Source: Octopus sinensis (Eukaryota). Taken from it: DNA of 64,000 nucleotides. Where the stretch lies: positions 22,394,464-22,458,463 of the forward strand of contig NC_043011.1 of the NCBI RefSeq assembly GCF_006345805.1, given 5' to 3'. The notes under the pieces are model-generated. The model did no database searches and was not told where the DNA came from. It worked only from the letters and a program-made list of their open reading frames with translations. Below, one piece after another: positions 22,100 through 33,795 of this stretch (within the stretch, counting starts at the first letter, position 1; each line of letters begins with the position of its first letter). The translations under genes and the position numbers were made by a program.

Positions 22100-23480
22100 G
22101 CAAGAGTATCCCAGCTATCAACATCTTGAATTTTCGCCACTTCGTCCTACGTCTTCCTAGGTTTTTCTTTTCAATAGGTACCATTCACTTTGAATACTGT
22201 TTTATGTAGCTCTTGTCATCTGTGAGCATTACATGCTCATACCAATGCAGTACAAACTACATTTGATACATCTTATGCACAGTTTTTCTCTTAGGTCATT
22301 TGGACTGCATTATTTGTACATAATGATATTACACATCCAGCAAATGACAAGTCTTGTTTCTTTCTAGCTTTTGCAAATCCTTTACAATCAGGGCCGAGGT
22401 CTCATTACTACTTTGTTGCACTGTGCTTAGTATACAAGCATCATACAATCTGCTCTTCTCTCTGAGGGAGAGGCCTTTTGTCGCCAGTACAGATAGTAGT
22501 TCCCTGAATTTTTTTCACCTTCTTCTTACCTTAGCTATGCTGCTTTCAGAGTTAGCTAGGTAAGAAAAACTATTGATTACTTAGAGACTTCTGAGCATTT
22601 GAGAGGATCTATTTCCTAGGTACACTCTATACTTAATGCTCCTGTACACCTGATACATTATGATTTTGCTAATGTGCATACACAGCCTGTTTTGAACTCT
22701 CCTGTGATGGCTTCAATCTGCTAGGGTGAATAAGAGGAGGCTGAGGGCTGAATCTGAATGAACCTCTACCTTCATGCTAAATTTGTTACTGAACCCATTG
22801 TTTAGTTACTGTACCATTTGTTCATAGCTTGTATTGCTTGATTAAGCCATTCATCCACCCTATGTTTCTTTAGTGATCACCATATTACAGAGCATGGCAC
22901 CCTATCAAGGGCCTTCTCCAAATCAATGACTGCTAGTGTTTTACTCTTACCTAAGTATTTCTCCTGTGGTTGTCTCACTAGGAAGATTGCATCTATGGTA
23001 CTCTTTCAAGCAAGAGTCTGAATTGCATTTCATCTAGGCTAATTCTGTTCCTGTGCTATGATTCATTCTGTGACCTTCGTAGCCTGATTCATCAATTTGA
23101 TGTCTCTAATTACATCTCTTTTGTGTTTGTATCAGTACTACTATGCCAGATATCTGACACCTCCTGTTACTACCTGATTAACTATTCTAGTGACTAGCTT
23201 GTATCCTATTTTGTCAGACATTTTTAACGTTGGAAACTCTCCCTGATGGACAAGCAGCTTCCCCTACCTTCAAATCCTTGATCACTGTCTAATCACTCTG
23301 TTAACTTGAATTGCTGAGCTTTGTTGGATTGGCATATGGCAGCTTCTTATCCCATGCGTTCTCCTCAGTCAACTACCTCTCATAACAACACTTTCATACC
23401 TCTTTCTTATTATTAGCAGCAAGAGCAAGTGTACCTCCATCATTTAAGATATATTTCAACTTGTTGGCATCTCCGTTTTT
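22100..23480 (-). mobile_element. Decayed RTE-clade LINE reverse transcriptase relic
   Basis: Minus-strand translation relics DLEKALDRVPCSVIW*SLKKHRVDEWLNQAIQAM, VEVHSDSALSLLLF (a QGS.LSP.LF relic) and WYEHVM...GRRRTKW. Confidence 0.8.
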
Positions 23481-23644
23481 TTCTAGCACAATGTTTTGTA
23501 TAACATATATATTATGCAAAATATGACAGGCACACTTGCTCTTGTTAAAAAAGAGGCATGGATTTGGAATTGTTGTTATGTGTGGTTGTTAAATGAAGAG
23601 AATACAATACATAGAATAAAGAGAAGCTACCTTTTTATATGTAT

Positions 23645-24140
23645 GCATTTAGCATGAGGAAGGGCATCCAGTCATAGAAACCATGGCAAAACAGGCAATA
23701 GAGCTTGGCACAGTCTTCCTGCTTGTCAGCTCTTTTTAAACCATCCAACCTATGACATCATGGAGAATAGACATTAAATAATGATGATGATCATTGTTGT
23801 TTAATGTTTGCTTTCTATGCTGGCAAGGGTTGGACTGTTTAACTGAAGATTGGCAAGCCAGAAGGCTGAATCGGGCTCCAATCTGATCTGGCAAGATCTC
23901 TACAGCTGAATACTCTTTCTAACACCAACCACTCCAAGAGTGTAGTGGGTGCTTTTTACATGTCACTGACATGGGAGTCAGTCAGGTCAACAACCACGCT
24001 TGAATGTTGCTTTTTACACCCCACCAGTATGGGAGCCAGTCAGGCGGCACTGGCAACGGCCATGCTTGAATGGTGCTTTTTACACACCACCAGCACAGGA
24101 CCAGTCAAGCAGCACTGGCATCAACCATGCTCAAATGATA
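23645..24140. repeat. Tail-to-tail pair of RTE-tail-type short repeats
   Basis: The + copy ends ...TAAATAATGATGATGA, then the - copy starts TCATTGTTGTTTAATG...CTATGCTGGCAAGGGTTGG and carries internal tandem ATGGTGCTTTTTACAC units. Confidence 0.65.
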
Positions 24141-24172
24141 ATATACATATATAATAGAATATGTATTATATA

Positions 24173-24212
<40 letters not shown>

Positions 24213-24213
<1 letters not shown>

Positions 24214-24927
24214 CAATGGATCAAATATCCCAAAAAGAAGCACGCTCTAAATGTTAGAGCAGTAATATATTTACTGGAAGTTAATTATATGTCTGGTCAT
24301 AGTGACCAATAGTTTTGCATTCATAATGTGCTTAGCCTTATAGGCACAACTCGTCAGACTCCTCCATTTTGCACATCTTCCCTAACCGACCTCTCCCCTC
24401 CTTCAAACATACCCCACCTCTACCCCCACCCTCAGCCTAACCCACACCCCACCTTTGCTTTCTCTCACCTCCCCCACATCCCAACACCATCACACCACTA
24501 CACCATACACTACCATACCACACAACACCACATCACATCACATCACACCACCATGCACACACTAGCACTGACCACTTCCCAACTCCACACACCTACACCT
24601 ACACATACATGCACATGTCAAGGTCACCAGCCCTCTTCCACATGCACAAACATGCTCTCTTATACACACATATTTGCACCTTCGTTTTGGGATCACCATT
24701 ACTTTATTATCTCCCCTCCTTCCTAGCTTTTCTGTGTGTCCCCTCTGTCCGGCATTCGCTATGATAGATTGCTAACCACTACACATTCTTTATTTTCTCT
24801 CCTTGTTTCTTTCTGTGTTCCTTTCTCTGAAAGAACATATGCTCGAAATGTTAAAGACTTTTTCACTTCCTGAGTGTTTGTTGTCTACACCATCTATCTT
24901 CGTCTTTTGTTTCTTTTTGTGAATTCT

Positions 24928-24930
<3 letters not shown>
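24213..24930. mobile_element. PLE-derived relic between (TA)n tracts with decayed hammerhead motifs in opposite orientation
   Basis: Minus 24301-24360: AGT-CTGACGA...AAAA-CTATTG-GTC-ACT. Plus 24827-24857: CTGAAAGA...CGAAATGTTAAAGA. Confidence 0.5.
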
Positions 24931-24987
<57 letters not shown>

Positions 24988-25039
24988 GCGGTGCCCCAGC
25001 ATGGCCTCAGCCGGATGGCTGAAACAAGTAAAAGAGTAT

Positions 25040-25415
25040 ATAGGTACAGATGTGATAAGAAATTTTTTTCCCAGCTACTTGGTTCTGGGCTTGCTCTCAC
25101 TGTGTTGGTCTTTTGGCAAGTGTTTTTCAGTATAGCCCTGGGCTGACCAAAGCACTATGAGTGGATTTGGTAGTCAGAAACTGAAAGAAGCCTCTCATAT
25201 ATGTCTGTGTGTCTTTGTGTTTGTCCCTCTCCATCACAAACCAATGTTGATTTATATCCACATCACTTAGTGGTTTGGCAAAGAGAGAATGATCAAATAA
25301 GTACCAAGCTTAAGAAAAAAGTGTGGGAGTCAGGAGTCAGTTTGTTTGGCGAAACCTTCAGAGTGATGGCCCAGCATGGCCACAGTCCAATGACTAAAAT
25401 AAATAAATAAATAAA
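25040..25415 (+). mobile_element. Family A SINE
   Basis: Degenerate head, GACCAAAGCACTATGAGTGGATTTGG and tail CCAGCATGGCCACAGTCCAATGACT. Confidence 0.75.
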
Positions 25416-25834
25416 AGAGTAGACATTGTAGACACTCATGGCACCTTTGGCATCATATGGTCCTAGACGAGCAGAAGCCTTGTGAGTGGGTATAGTAGAT
25501 GGAAGCTTAAAGAAGCCTGCCTGTTATGTGTGTGTGTGTGCACTTGTTTGTATCTGTCTCCTTGTAGTGGATGATGTGAGGGGTTGAAGCACTCAATATG
25601 ATGGTGATGTAGCCTGTCTTACAAAATTTTAGAATGTTCAGCTACCTTCCTCTTGTGTTTTTCCAACTGTAATTCAGGTGATATTTAGGCATAGAGAAAT
25701 ATGGGTTCATCTAGTGGGGAAAAGTGAGTAGGATGTACCTTAACTTGTCTAATAAGAGTCAAATAGTATTCTGTCATCACAGAAATAATGGTAGATAAAT
25801 AGTGTTTGTTTTAAAGGGAGTTTATTTCATTCTA

Positions 25835-26062
25835 TAACCCTTTAGCATTCAAGTTACTCTGTCCAATTTAATGGTTATTTATTCACATTGTTTTGAATTA
25901 ATCATGCATTATCTTGTGGCTTTGAAATTTCAATGATGTGATTGTTTAGTCTTAGGATGACATTGTAGGGTACAATGAGAGAGGCTGTCCATGGCCAGTT
26001 TGAACAGAAAACAGGCAGAATATTTTGGCCAGATATGGTTGGTTTAAATGCTAAAGAGTTAA
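25835..26062 (+). mobile_element. piggyBac-like MITE
   Basis: TAA-CCCTTTAGCATT ... AATGCTAAAGAG-TTAA ends; same family at 49995, 53164, 61158 and 62124. Confidence 0.75.
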
Positions 26063-26587
26063 TAAATGAAAATTTATCTTCACTAGAGACAGAGAGTTCA
26101 AACTGCTCCTAATGAAACTCTGGAAGTCCAGAAACTCTTAGGCTCCTGATATAAAGAATCCTTTCCCTTCCTAAAACCCATGATTTCTATAAAACTTGAC
26201 TAACAAATTTCCCCCCCCCCCAAGTGCATTGATGTATGATCTCATTTAGGCATACACATGAGAGGATGCTATGGCAGAAATAAACATCCCATTAAATTTA
26301 ACCATGTTAACAATATGCTACCCAAAAGCGACTTATTTCCTTTAATCTTTCCCCTTTTTTCCACCTGCCTCCTGTAAAGATATAATCACTATCAACATCC
26401 ACTTTTCCATGTTTGCATGGGTTAGATGAAATTCCTTGAGGCAGATTTTCTATGGCTAGATATGCCTGTCCTGACGCCAACCCTTACTTGTTTTGAAGTA
26501 TAGTAACACTTCCTTGCAACTGGATTGGAAATGGATACCACTTGTATGAAGAAGTTCATTTACAAACTATCCCATGATGTCAAGACA

Positions 26588-26623
<36 letters not shown>

Positions 26624-27169
26624 TGTAATAAAAGATGGACATGAGTTGCTAAAGATATCAAATTATTTGTAACAGTTGTGGAATTGAGTATAAAAATATA
26701 TAGATTTAGTTGAAAAACTGGAGAATCAGAAAGGCAAAAGTTCATAGTTATTCCTTAGAAGTATTCAAGTAGCCTGGGGTTGCCATGCTCTTACATACTC
26801 AGTGACTTCCTGCAGCTTCATAGCTAGACAGTCAGGCAGTATACACAGCAGGGAGCTGAATTTTCTCTCCCTTTTAATTTTACTCTTTCTATTTTACTAT
26901 TTTGATGTTTCATTCTTCTGCACATTCACTCATAGGACTGACTCATTGTTTTGGCTGACTGACCATTATATTGCCATTATAGCTGTACCCACTTTCTCAG
27001 TTGTCATTTTTCATTCAGTTTTCTTGTTCTGTTTTTCCCATGGCTTCCTTCTCCTTTTCCAGCACTATCCCATTCTTCATCTTTTTCTCCCTGTCCTCTG
27101 TCTAGTACCTTCCCTATTTATTTCTCTCTCTGCAGTGAGGCTACCTACCTATTTGTATGACTGTTTATA

Positions 27170-27555
27170 TCTCTTACTCATTTCAGTCATTTGACTGTAG
27201 CCATGCAGGGACACCATTTTGAAGGGTTTTAGTTGAACAAATTGACTCTAGGACTTATCTTTTAGGCCTGCTGGTACTTATCCTCTTGGTCTCTTTTGCT
27301 GAACTGCTAAGTTATGAGAATGTAAACACATTAACGCTGCTTGTGAAGCAATGGTGGGACACAGACAAATGCGCGTGCACACACACACACACACACACAC
27401 ACTTTCAGTTTCTGTCTACCAAATCCACTCACAGGGCTTTGGTTGGTATGAGGCTATAGTAGAAGACACTTACTTACTCAAGAAGTCAAGCAGTGGGACT
27501 GAACTCAGAACCATGTGGTTGGGAAGCAAACTTCTTACCACACAGTCATACCTGA
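27170..27555 (-). mobile_element. Family A SINE
   Basis: TTTCAGTCATTTGACTG...CCACTCACAGGGCTTTGG...CTTACCACACAGTC. Confidence 0.8.
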
Positions 27556-29569
27556 ACTTATTTGTATATATTTATATATTAAGGTTTTCTTTACTTAAAC
27601 TTCATTCCCGTCTGACGATATGATGAAGTGATTCATGTAGTTCAAACTTGTGCTGATTCATATACATTTGCCAGTACTAATCTATTTTGAGTATATGAAT
27701 ACAATGCATTTTATTGCTTTCACTGAAAACACCAAACTCCAGTAACAGCTGTAAAGGATTACCTGCATGCTTCACTCTCTTACTTGTGAGGTTTTAGTAA
27801 TTTCCAGGACTTTTTACTGGATCTAGTTGGTTTGGCTGCCAGCATCAATTCTGTTTGAATTGATTTCATATTCAGAGTAATGATACATTTTTATTGGTTA
27901 ATGAAAGATGTAAAAATCATTTTTGTTATAAATAAATAAATAAAGAGTTGTTAGCAATTAAAGTTTGAAAGTTTTGGCAATTTTAGCCAATCATAAGCCA
28001 CAGACACATTCATGCCTGTTTCCATAGTAATAAGCAGAACATGAGAACTCTTTTGTCTGCAGGAAAGCATGTGTTGACAAATATATTGAAACTACTTTGT
28101 TTTACCTGTCTGTTGAGAATTGAGCATGTAAGTTTATGAACTGGTCAACAAAATGTTTGGTTTTTAAAAATATTTAATTTGTAACGTGTTGTTCATTGCA
28201 TTCACATTAACATGAGCATTTTTTTTTCTTTAAGTTGGGTGGGCATCAAACTTTTGTGGAAAGTATTTAATTTCACCTGTGTTTTTAGTCTTGTGCTTAA
28301 GAATTTCTAATTTCTCTTTCCCTATAAATATAAAATTTTGCTCTTTATTTACATTTGACGGATTACTTGTTTCTGTTTGTCATTGAGGTGGTTGTGAGCT
28401 GTGCTAAAAATATCAGTTAAATAACGTTTTTTGGATAAAATTTTATTTACATGAAAGAAAATTACCAGAGAACTTTCATCTAATTCTTCCAAATCTTTCT
28501 GTTAAAAATTGTAATGTGTTGTTCATCGCATTTGCATTAACAACATATTGAATGCTTGACACTACTTGTTTACTCATTTCTTTTTGTCATTGAGGTGGTT
28601 GTGAGGTGTGCTAAAAATAACAGCTAAATAACACTTTTTGGGATAAATCTTTTAAGTTTGTGCTGTCGCATATGCACATTGAATGCTTCAAACTACAAAA
28701 CATATTTACAAATATTGACAGCACATGCTATTTTCAGGATGCTGATGACAAAATGTGCAGTCATGCAGCTTTAATTTAACTATCTCGTCAGTGATGATAT
28801 TACAATGTGAACCTCCTGGTTTTGTACTTTTCTTTGAGAAGTAACTATGAAGTTTCACTCTTCTGATTCTCCAGTTTTTCTGCTAAATTTATATATTTTT
28901 ATACTCATTTTTACAACTAAATCATAAATGATTTATTCTTTTAGGATTGATGAAAAACAAAAGTACCAAATCAGAGCAGTGGCTTAGAATTCTTAAACAC
29001 AATACCTTTCCAGTATTTGTTTTGGCTCTTTGTTTTCTGACAGCAATGCCTGCAGTGACATTGGTGCTGAGCTGTATCAGCCCAAGTCAGTGGCCTTTCC
29101 CTTGGATAAACAATCAGGAAATTCAAAAAACATCTTGCCCTGACTTGCATACTGGTTGGCTTTTCCTCTATTGAACAACCACTCATTTATTCCCTTTTGT
29201 ATACTGTTACAACCTTATCTGACAAAAGCCCTGTATAAGATTTGTGAATAGTAACCCATGCTTTTGTATTGCTTTATGGAATTGTCAACTTTGTCTGTTT
29301 AAACCATTTACTTTTACTGTTCACGAGCACTATTTTGTTGTGAATTGACAAGTGATGCTGTGCTTTGGTGGTTTAATTCTTGCAACTCTACTGGTGTTAT
29401 ACTGGTGTTTTTGAATCTTCAAAACTTCTTATTCTGAAAACGTATATGCAATTTTATATGGTGTTGCTTTGTTATAGGAATAAGAACAGGGTAAATGAAG
29501 AGGAATCAGCCAGTGAAAGAAAGCACAATACGACAAATTCTTCTTCAGTTTATCACATTGTAGCAGCTC

Positions 29570-30440
29570 TTTACATTCAGAGGTCAAATTCTGCTGAGGT
29601 TAACTTTGCCTTTCACTCTTCCTCAGTTGATACAATAAAGTACCAGTCTAAGTACTGGGGTTGATGGCATTAGCTAACCCCCACTACACAAAATTGCTAG
29701 TTTTGTGCCTAAATTGGAAACCATTAAACTGTTAGATGAAATGCCTTGTAGTATTTATTCTGGCTCTTTATGTCCTGAGTTCAAATTCCATCAAGGTCAA
29801 CTCAAATTCTACATGAATTGACTTTACCTTTCATTTTCTCAAGGTTGCTAATAACAAAGTGCAATGTTTATGCAATAGACTGTACTTTCCCTTAACGTTT
29901 TTTGTCTGTTAGAAGCAGTTTTTTTTTTCTGTGGAAGAATAGAATACTTGACAAAATACTTTGAGGTATGAGATATTTGGTTATGTCCTTCAAATCCTGC
30001 CAGTCTTGACTTTGTCTTTCATCCAAGAAAAGTTGATGAAATAAGTACCAGTAATGTATGAAAATCCAGTCAGTTGACTAGGTTTTCTTTCCCTACAAAT
30101 GCTTTGTGCCTAAGGCAAACTATTTTTAACTCTGAGATAATAGTTTGACTAAATGCTTTGCAATATTTACTTAGATTTTGATTTCAAGTGCTGGTTGATT
30201 CAGTAAACTAACCTCTATTTTTCAAATTTGTGGCTTTGTACAAATGTAAGAAACCATTATTGTTATGTGACTTGTTTACATTCCTCTACATTCTCAGTTC
30301 AAATCTTGGCACGGCCAACCCTTTTTCTTTGATCCTTTAACAGCAGAGGTGGATAAGTTGATAAAATAAGTACTAGAGGTTGATTGAATTAGCTACACCC
30401 TCGAAAAATGATTGGCATGGTGCTAACATAAGAAGTCATT
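29570..30440 (+). repeat. Cluster of several degenerate family B SINE fragments
   Basis: Repeated GAGTTCAAATTC...AACTTTGCCTTTCA...GATAAAATAAGTACCAG motifs at about 29580, 29775, 29990 and 30295. Confidence 0.6.
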
Positions 30441-31069
30441 TTTAGTCTTTGGAGTAGAATTAGGCTCATGGTGAGAAGTTTGTAACTTTTTATATTTTCA
30501 CTTGAACCCATTAATGATTGACATTAATGGCTCCTTATTTAAAGTTTGTATTTTTGGTTTTTCTTTGAATAAGGACATGTGCATTTTTTTTACAGCAAGT
30601 TGGGTGGGCTGTTTGTGGTGGTGGTGGTGGTGTCATTCTTTTTTTTTCTTTTCTCTCTTCCTCCTTCTCTTTTTCAGGAACAATAGTGGTGATTTCTTGG
30701 TTTGCTATAGTTTCTGGGTTTTCTTTGTTGTTGCTGATGGTAGTAGTGGTGGTGTTGGCACTGCTACTTGTTGTGATTGTGCTGTTCAGAGGGGGGAAAT
30801 CTTGAGTGTACTGGCTGTCAGAACAGCCACTGCCACTTCCCTCGACAGAAGAAACCATTTTGTTTTTTCATCAAATGCAAAACAAAAAATATTGTAAATG
30901 GACAAAAAGTCCAAAATTTGTTCCTAAAAGGGGGAAATTTTCAACAAAAGAACCCCTTCTGCACACCAAATCGGGTTTGGGAAACAAAAACAAACAGTCA
31001 ATAAACTTGAAAAAAATCACAACAAAATCCAAATTGATGGAGCTCTGGAAAACACATCTTACCTCGGTG

Positions 31070-31260
31070 ACAACAATAATAATAATAACATTGGAAAAAT
31101 ACCTTAGAAATGAGAACCCAGGTTTGAAACCCCTTCAGGACACCTGATGAAGGCAGGAGAGTACATCAGCCAAAATGTTGTATTAACAACAAACAAAATG
31201 AGGACAAATATCTGTCAAATGTAAATAGTGTACATAATTCCTCATCTCTCAAATATAGAA
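31070..31260 (+). mobile_element. Short PLE-type repeat with decayed hammerhead
   Basis: ACAC-CTGATGA-AGGC...GCC-AAAA-TGTT-GTAT at 31140-31183. A reverse fragment of its tail (ACATTTGACGGAT) occurs near 28351. Confidence 0.5.
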
Positions 31261-31530
31261 TTGAAATTTTGCTGTTATTTGCAGAGATTTGATCTGCTAA
31301 TTATGCATGTTTGGCCTCACCAACAGAGCCAACCTACTATACAATGACTTGTAGAATTGGGTTATAAAGACTTGCTATAGGTTAAATGATAAAGTATTCA
31401 TTCCTATGTTAGAAATTATGAACTTGTAAGACTAGATTCAGGATGATATTTACTTTAATGATCTATGCACAGCATTGCCATCAAAAACTGAATTGTTATA
31501 CAAGAGTTGTTTCTGGTTCACTTTTTGCTT

Positions 31531-31561
<31 letters not shown>

Positions 31562-32869
31562 TATATAATCATCATCATAAGTCTGTGTTCCATGCTAGCA
31601 TGAGTGGGATGGTACCATAAAAGCCGGCCAGGCTGGAACCTGCACCAGACTTCTGTGACTGTTTTGGTAGGATTTTTACAGCTGGATGCCCTTCCTAACA
31701 CCAACTACTCAGCAGAGTGGACTTATTGCTTTATATATATATATATATATATCTCATTAGACATAGACACCATAGTGTTGGGATTAAATTATTGGAATCA
31801 GTGTATACTGTATTTATTTTGGGATCTCATTGTTTTGAGGTGATAATGTATTTATTATCATTGGTTGTATATTGATAAAATAAGTGCCTGTAATATTGTG
31901 AGGAAGATTTGACTGCAATTTATTTCTTAAAAAAAAAAAAAACTCATCTAAGTCAAAAAGAAATCCTTGTTAATTAGTTGATTGGAATTGTGATTCACTG
32001 ATAATATCTTTTTGATCTGGTTTGTGTTTTAGTTACGTTTATGTTGCCATTGTTTTTAGTAATCTATAGATATTTTTGTTGACCAAACTTTTTTGAAAAT
32101 TACTTTCATATCACCTTATATGCTAGGTCAACACTGTGCAAATTTTGTCCTGTTCTTTCATTTCTAAGCAGTAATTTGTAAATGACAAAACAAATTTCTT
32201 AAAATCTTTGTAGTTGATATCTCCAAGTAATTATCTTTCTATTTGATCTGCTCTAAGAAATGATAAAATATTGCTTTATAACCAATCATCCCAGGCATTT
32301 CTTAGGGTGCAGAAATATGAAACCTGATTAAAGAACTTACAAGCATGTTAATATTCTCAATGTGCTCATAAATGCATTAAGCTTGGAATAATGTGGCTGT
32401 AGCATAAATGGATCAGATAACAAACAACTTTCAATGTCCTTTATTCATTTCATTTCAAATCTGCCTTTCCATGTTGGTATGTTGCCAACCTTTGCTTGTT
32501 TTCAACTATGGGATTTTTATATATTCCAATTGCTTTTGAAAGTGCAGAACTACTGGGTGTACTGCTTATAGGGATTGTAAACATGATATTACCATTTTGC
32601 TCATGGGAAAATGTTTCACTCAATAGCAATCCCTCATTTGTAATACTGTTCTCTTCACCCATATTTTACATTGATCACTTTCCTAAGCCACCAGATTATC
32701 TCACTTTCTCTACCACATCTTTCATTCTCTCCATGTACTATGCTTACCTCTTCCCTCACACTCTTGCAACCTACCCAACCCCACATCACCTCTCTCATCC
32801 TTCTCCTTCCTGTTTACTGTATCATTATTAATATTCTGCTGCTCTGCAGCAGAATGTTAATAATGCGAC

Positions 32870-33050
32870 AAGCTGGCAGAATCATTAGCATGCTGGGCAA
32901 ATTGTTCATCTTTATGTTCTGAGTTCAAATTCTGCTGAGGTTGATTTTGCTGTTTGTCCTACTTGGGTTAAAAAAATAAGTGTCAGCTGAGCACTGGGGT
33001 CAATGTCCTTCCCCCAAACTTGCTGGCCTTGTGCCAAAATTTGAAACCAA
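32870..33050 (+). mobile_element. Family B SINE, degenerate
   Basis: AGCTGGCAGAATCATTAGC...GAGTTCAAATTCTGCTGAGG...GCACTGGGGTCAATG. Confidence 0.7.
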
Positions 33051-33476
33051 TATTTTGCTGCTCTTCATCTCTACCGTTTTCTGCAGTCAATCATCTCTCC
33101 CCTATCTCACTCTCAATTCATTTGTAGTGTAGATCATATCCCCATCTCTTATTCATCAGTCACTGCAGCCACCCCTCAACCATACCAGATCTTTACAGTT
33201 GTCACCTACTCTTCCCTACCTTCCCTACTTATCATTCACCATTTTTCATTCATTATATTCACACCCTCACCCATTCCCCCATCTCTGAACATTTCTTTCT
33301 CTCTCTGAAGTTTTGCAATCTCTACCAATCCACACTCCTTGTTCTCCTGTCTCCTATCACTTCTACTCACATGGTACCTTAAAAGTCCATCCTGACACCT
33401 CATTACCATTATCTTTTCTATCTTTTTCACTCCATTCTGGTCACTCTCACCTTCACTTTAACGTGAGTGGCCATGT

Positions 33477-33584
33477 AGCTCCTTTGTAGCAAGAAACCTG
33501 TTCTGCTTTGGTCCCTTCTCTCTATTTCTCTCTCAGCTCCTTTGTAGCAAGAAACCTGTTCTGCTTTGGTCCCTTCTCTCTATT

Positions 33585-33594
<10 letters not shown>
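33477..33594 (+). repeat. Perfect ~59-bp tandem duplication
   Basis: AGCTCCTTTGTAGCAAGAAACCTGTTCTGCTTTGGTCCCTTCTCTCTATTTCTCTCTC occurs twice. Confidence 0.9.
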
Positions 33595-33649
<55 letters not shown>

Positions 33650-33795
33650 CATTTCTGTACCAAGTTCATCCACATGGCATTGGGCAGTCTTAGGTTATAG
33701 TAGATGACATTTGCCTAAAGTGTCGCACAGTGGGATGGAACCTGAAACCACATGGTTATGCAGTGAACTCCATATCCACACAGCCATGCTTGTAT
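33650..33795 (-). mobile_element. Family A SINE head, degenerate
   Basis: CACAGTGGGATGGAACCTGAAACCACATGG...CCACACAGCCATG. Confidence 0.65.

Noticed and set aside
21350-22100. Purine-rich tract with Pro/Ser-rich ORFs
   Set aside because: Low-complexity, probably a decayed retroelement UTR; no coding signal.
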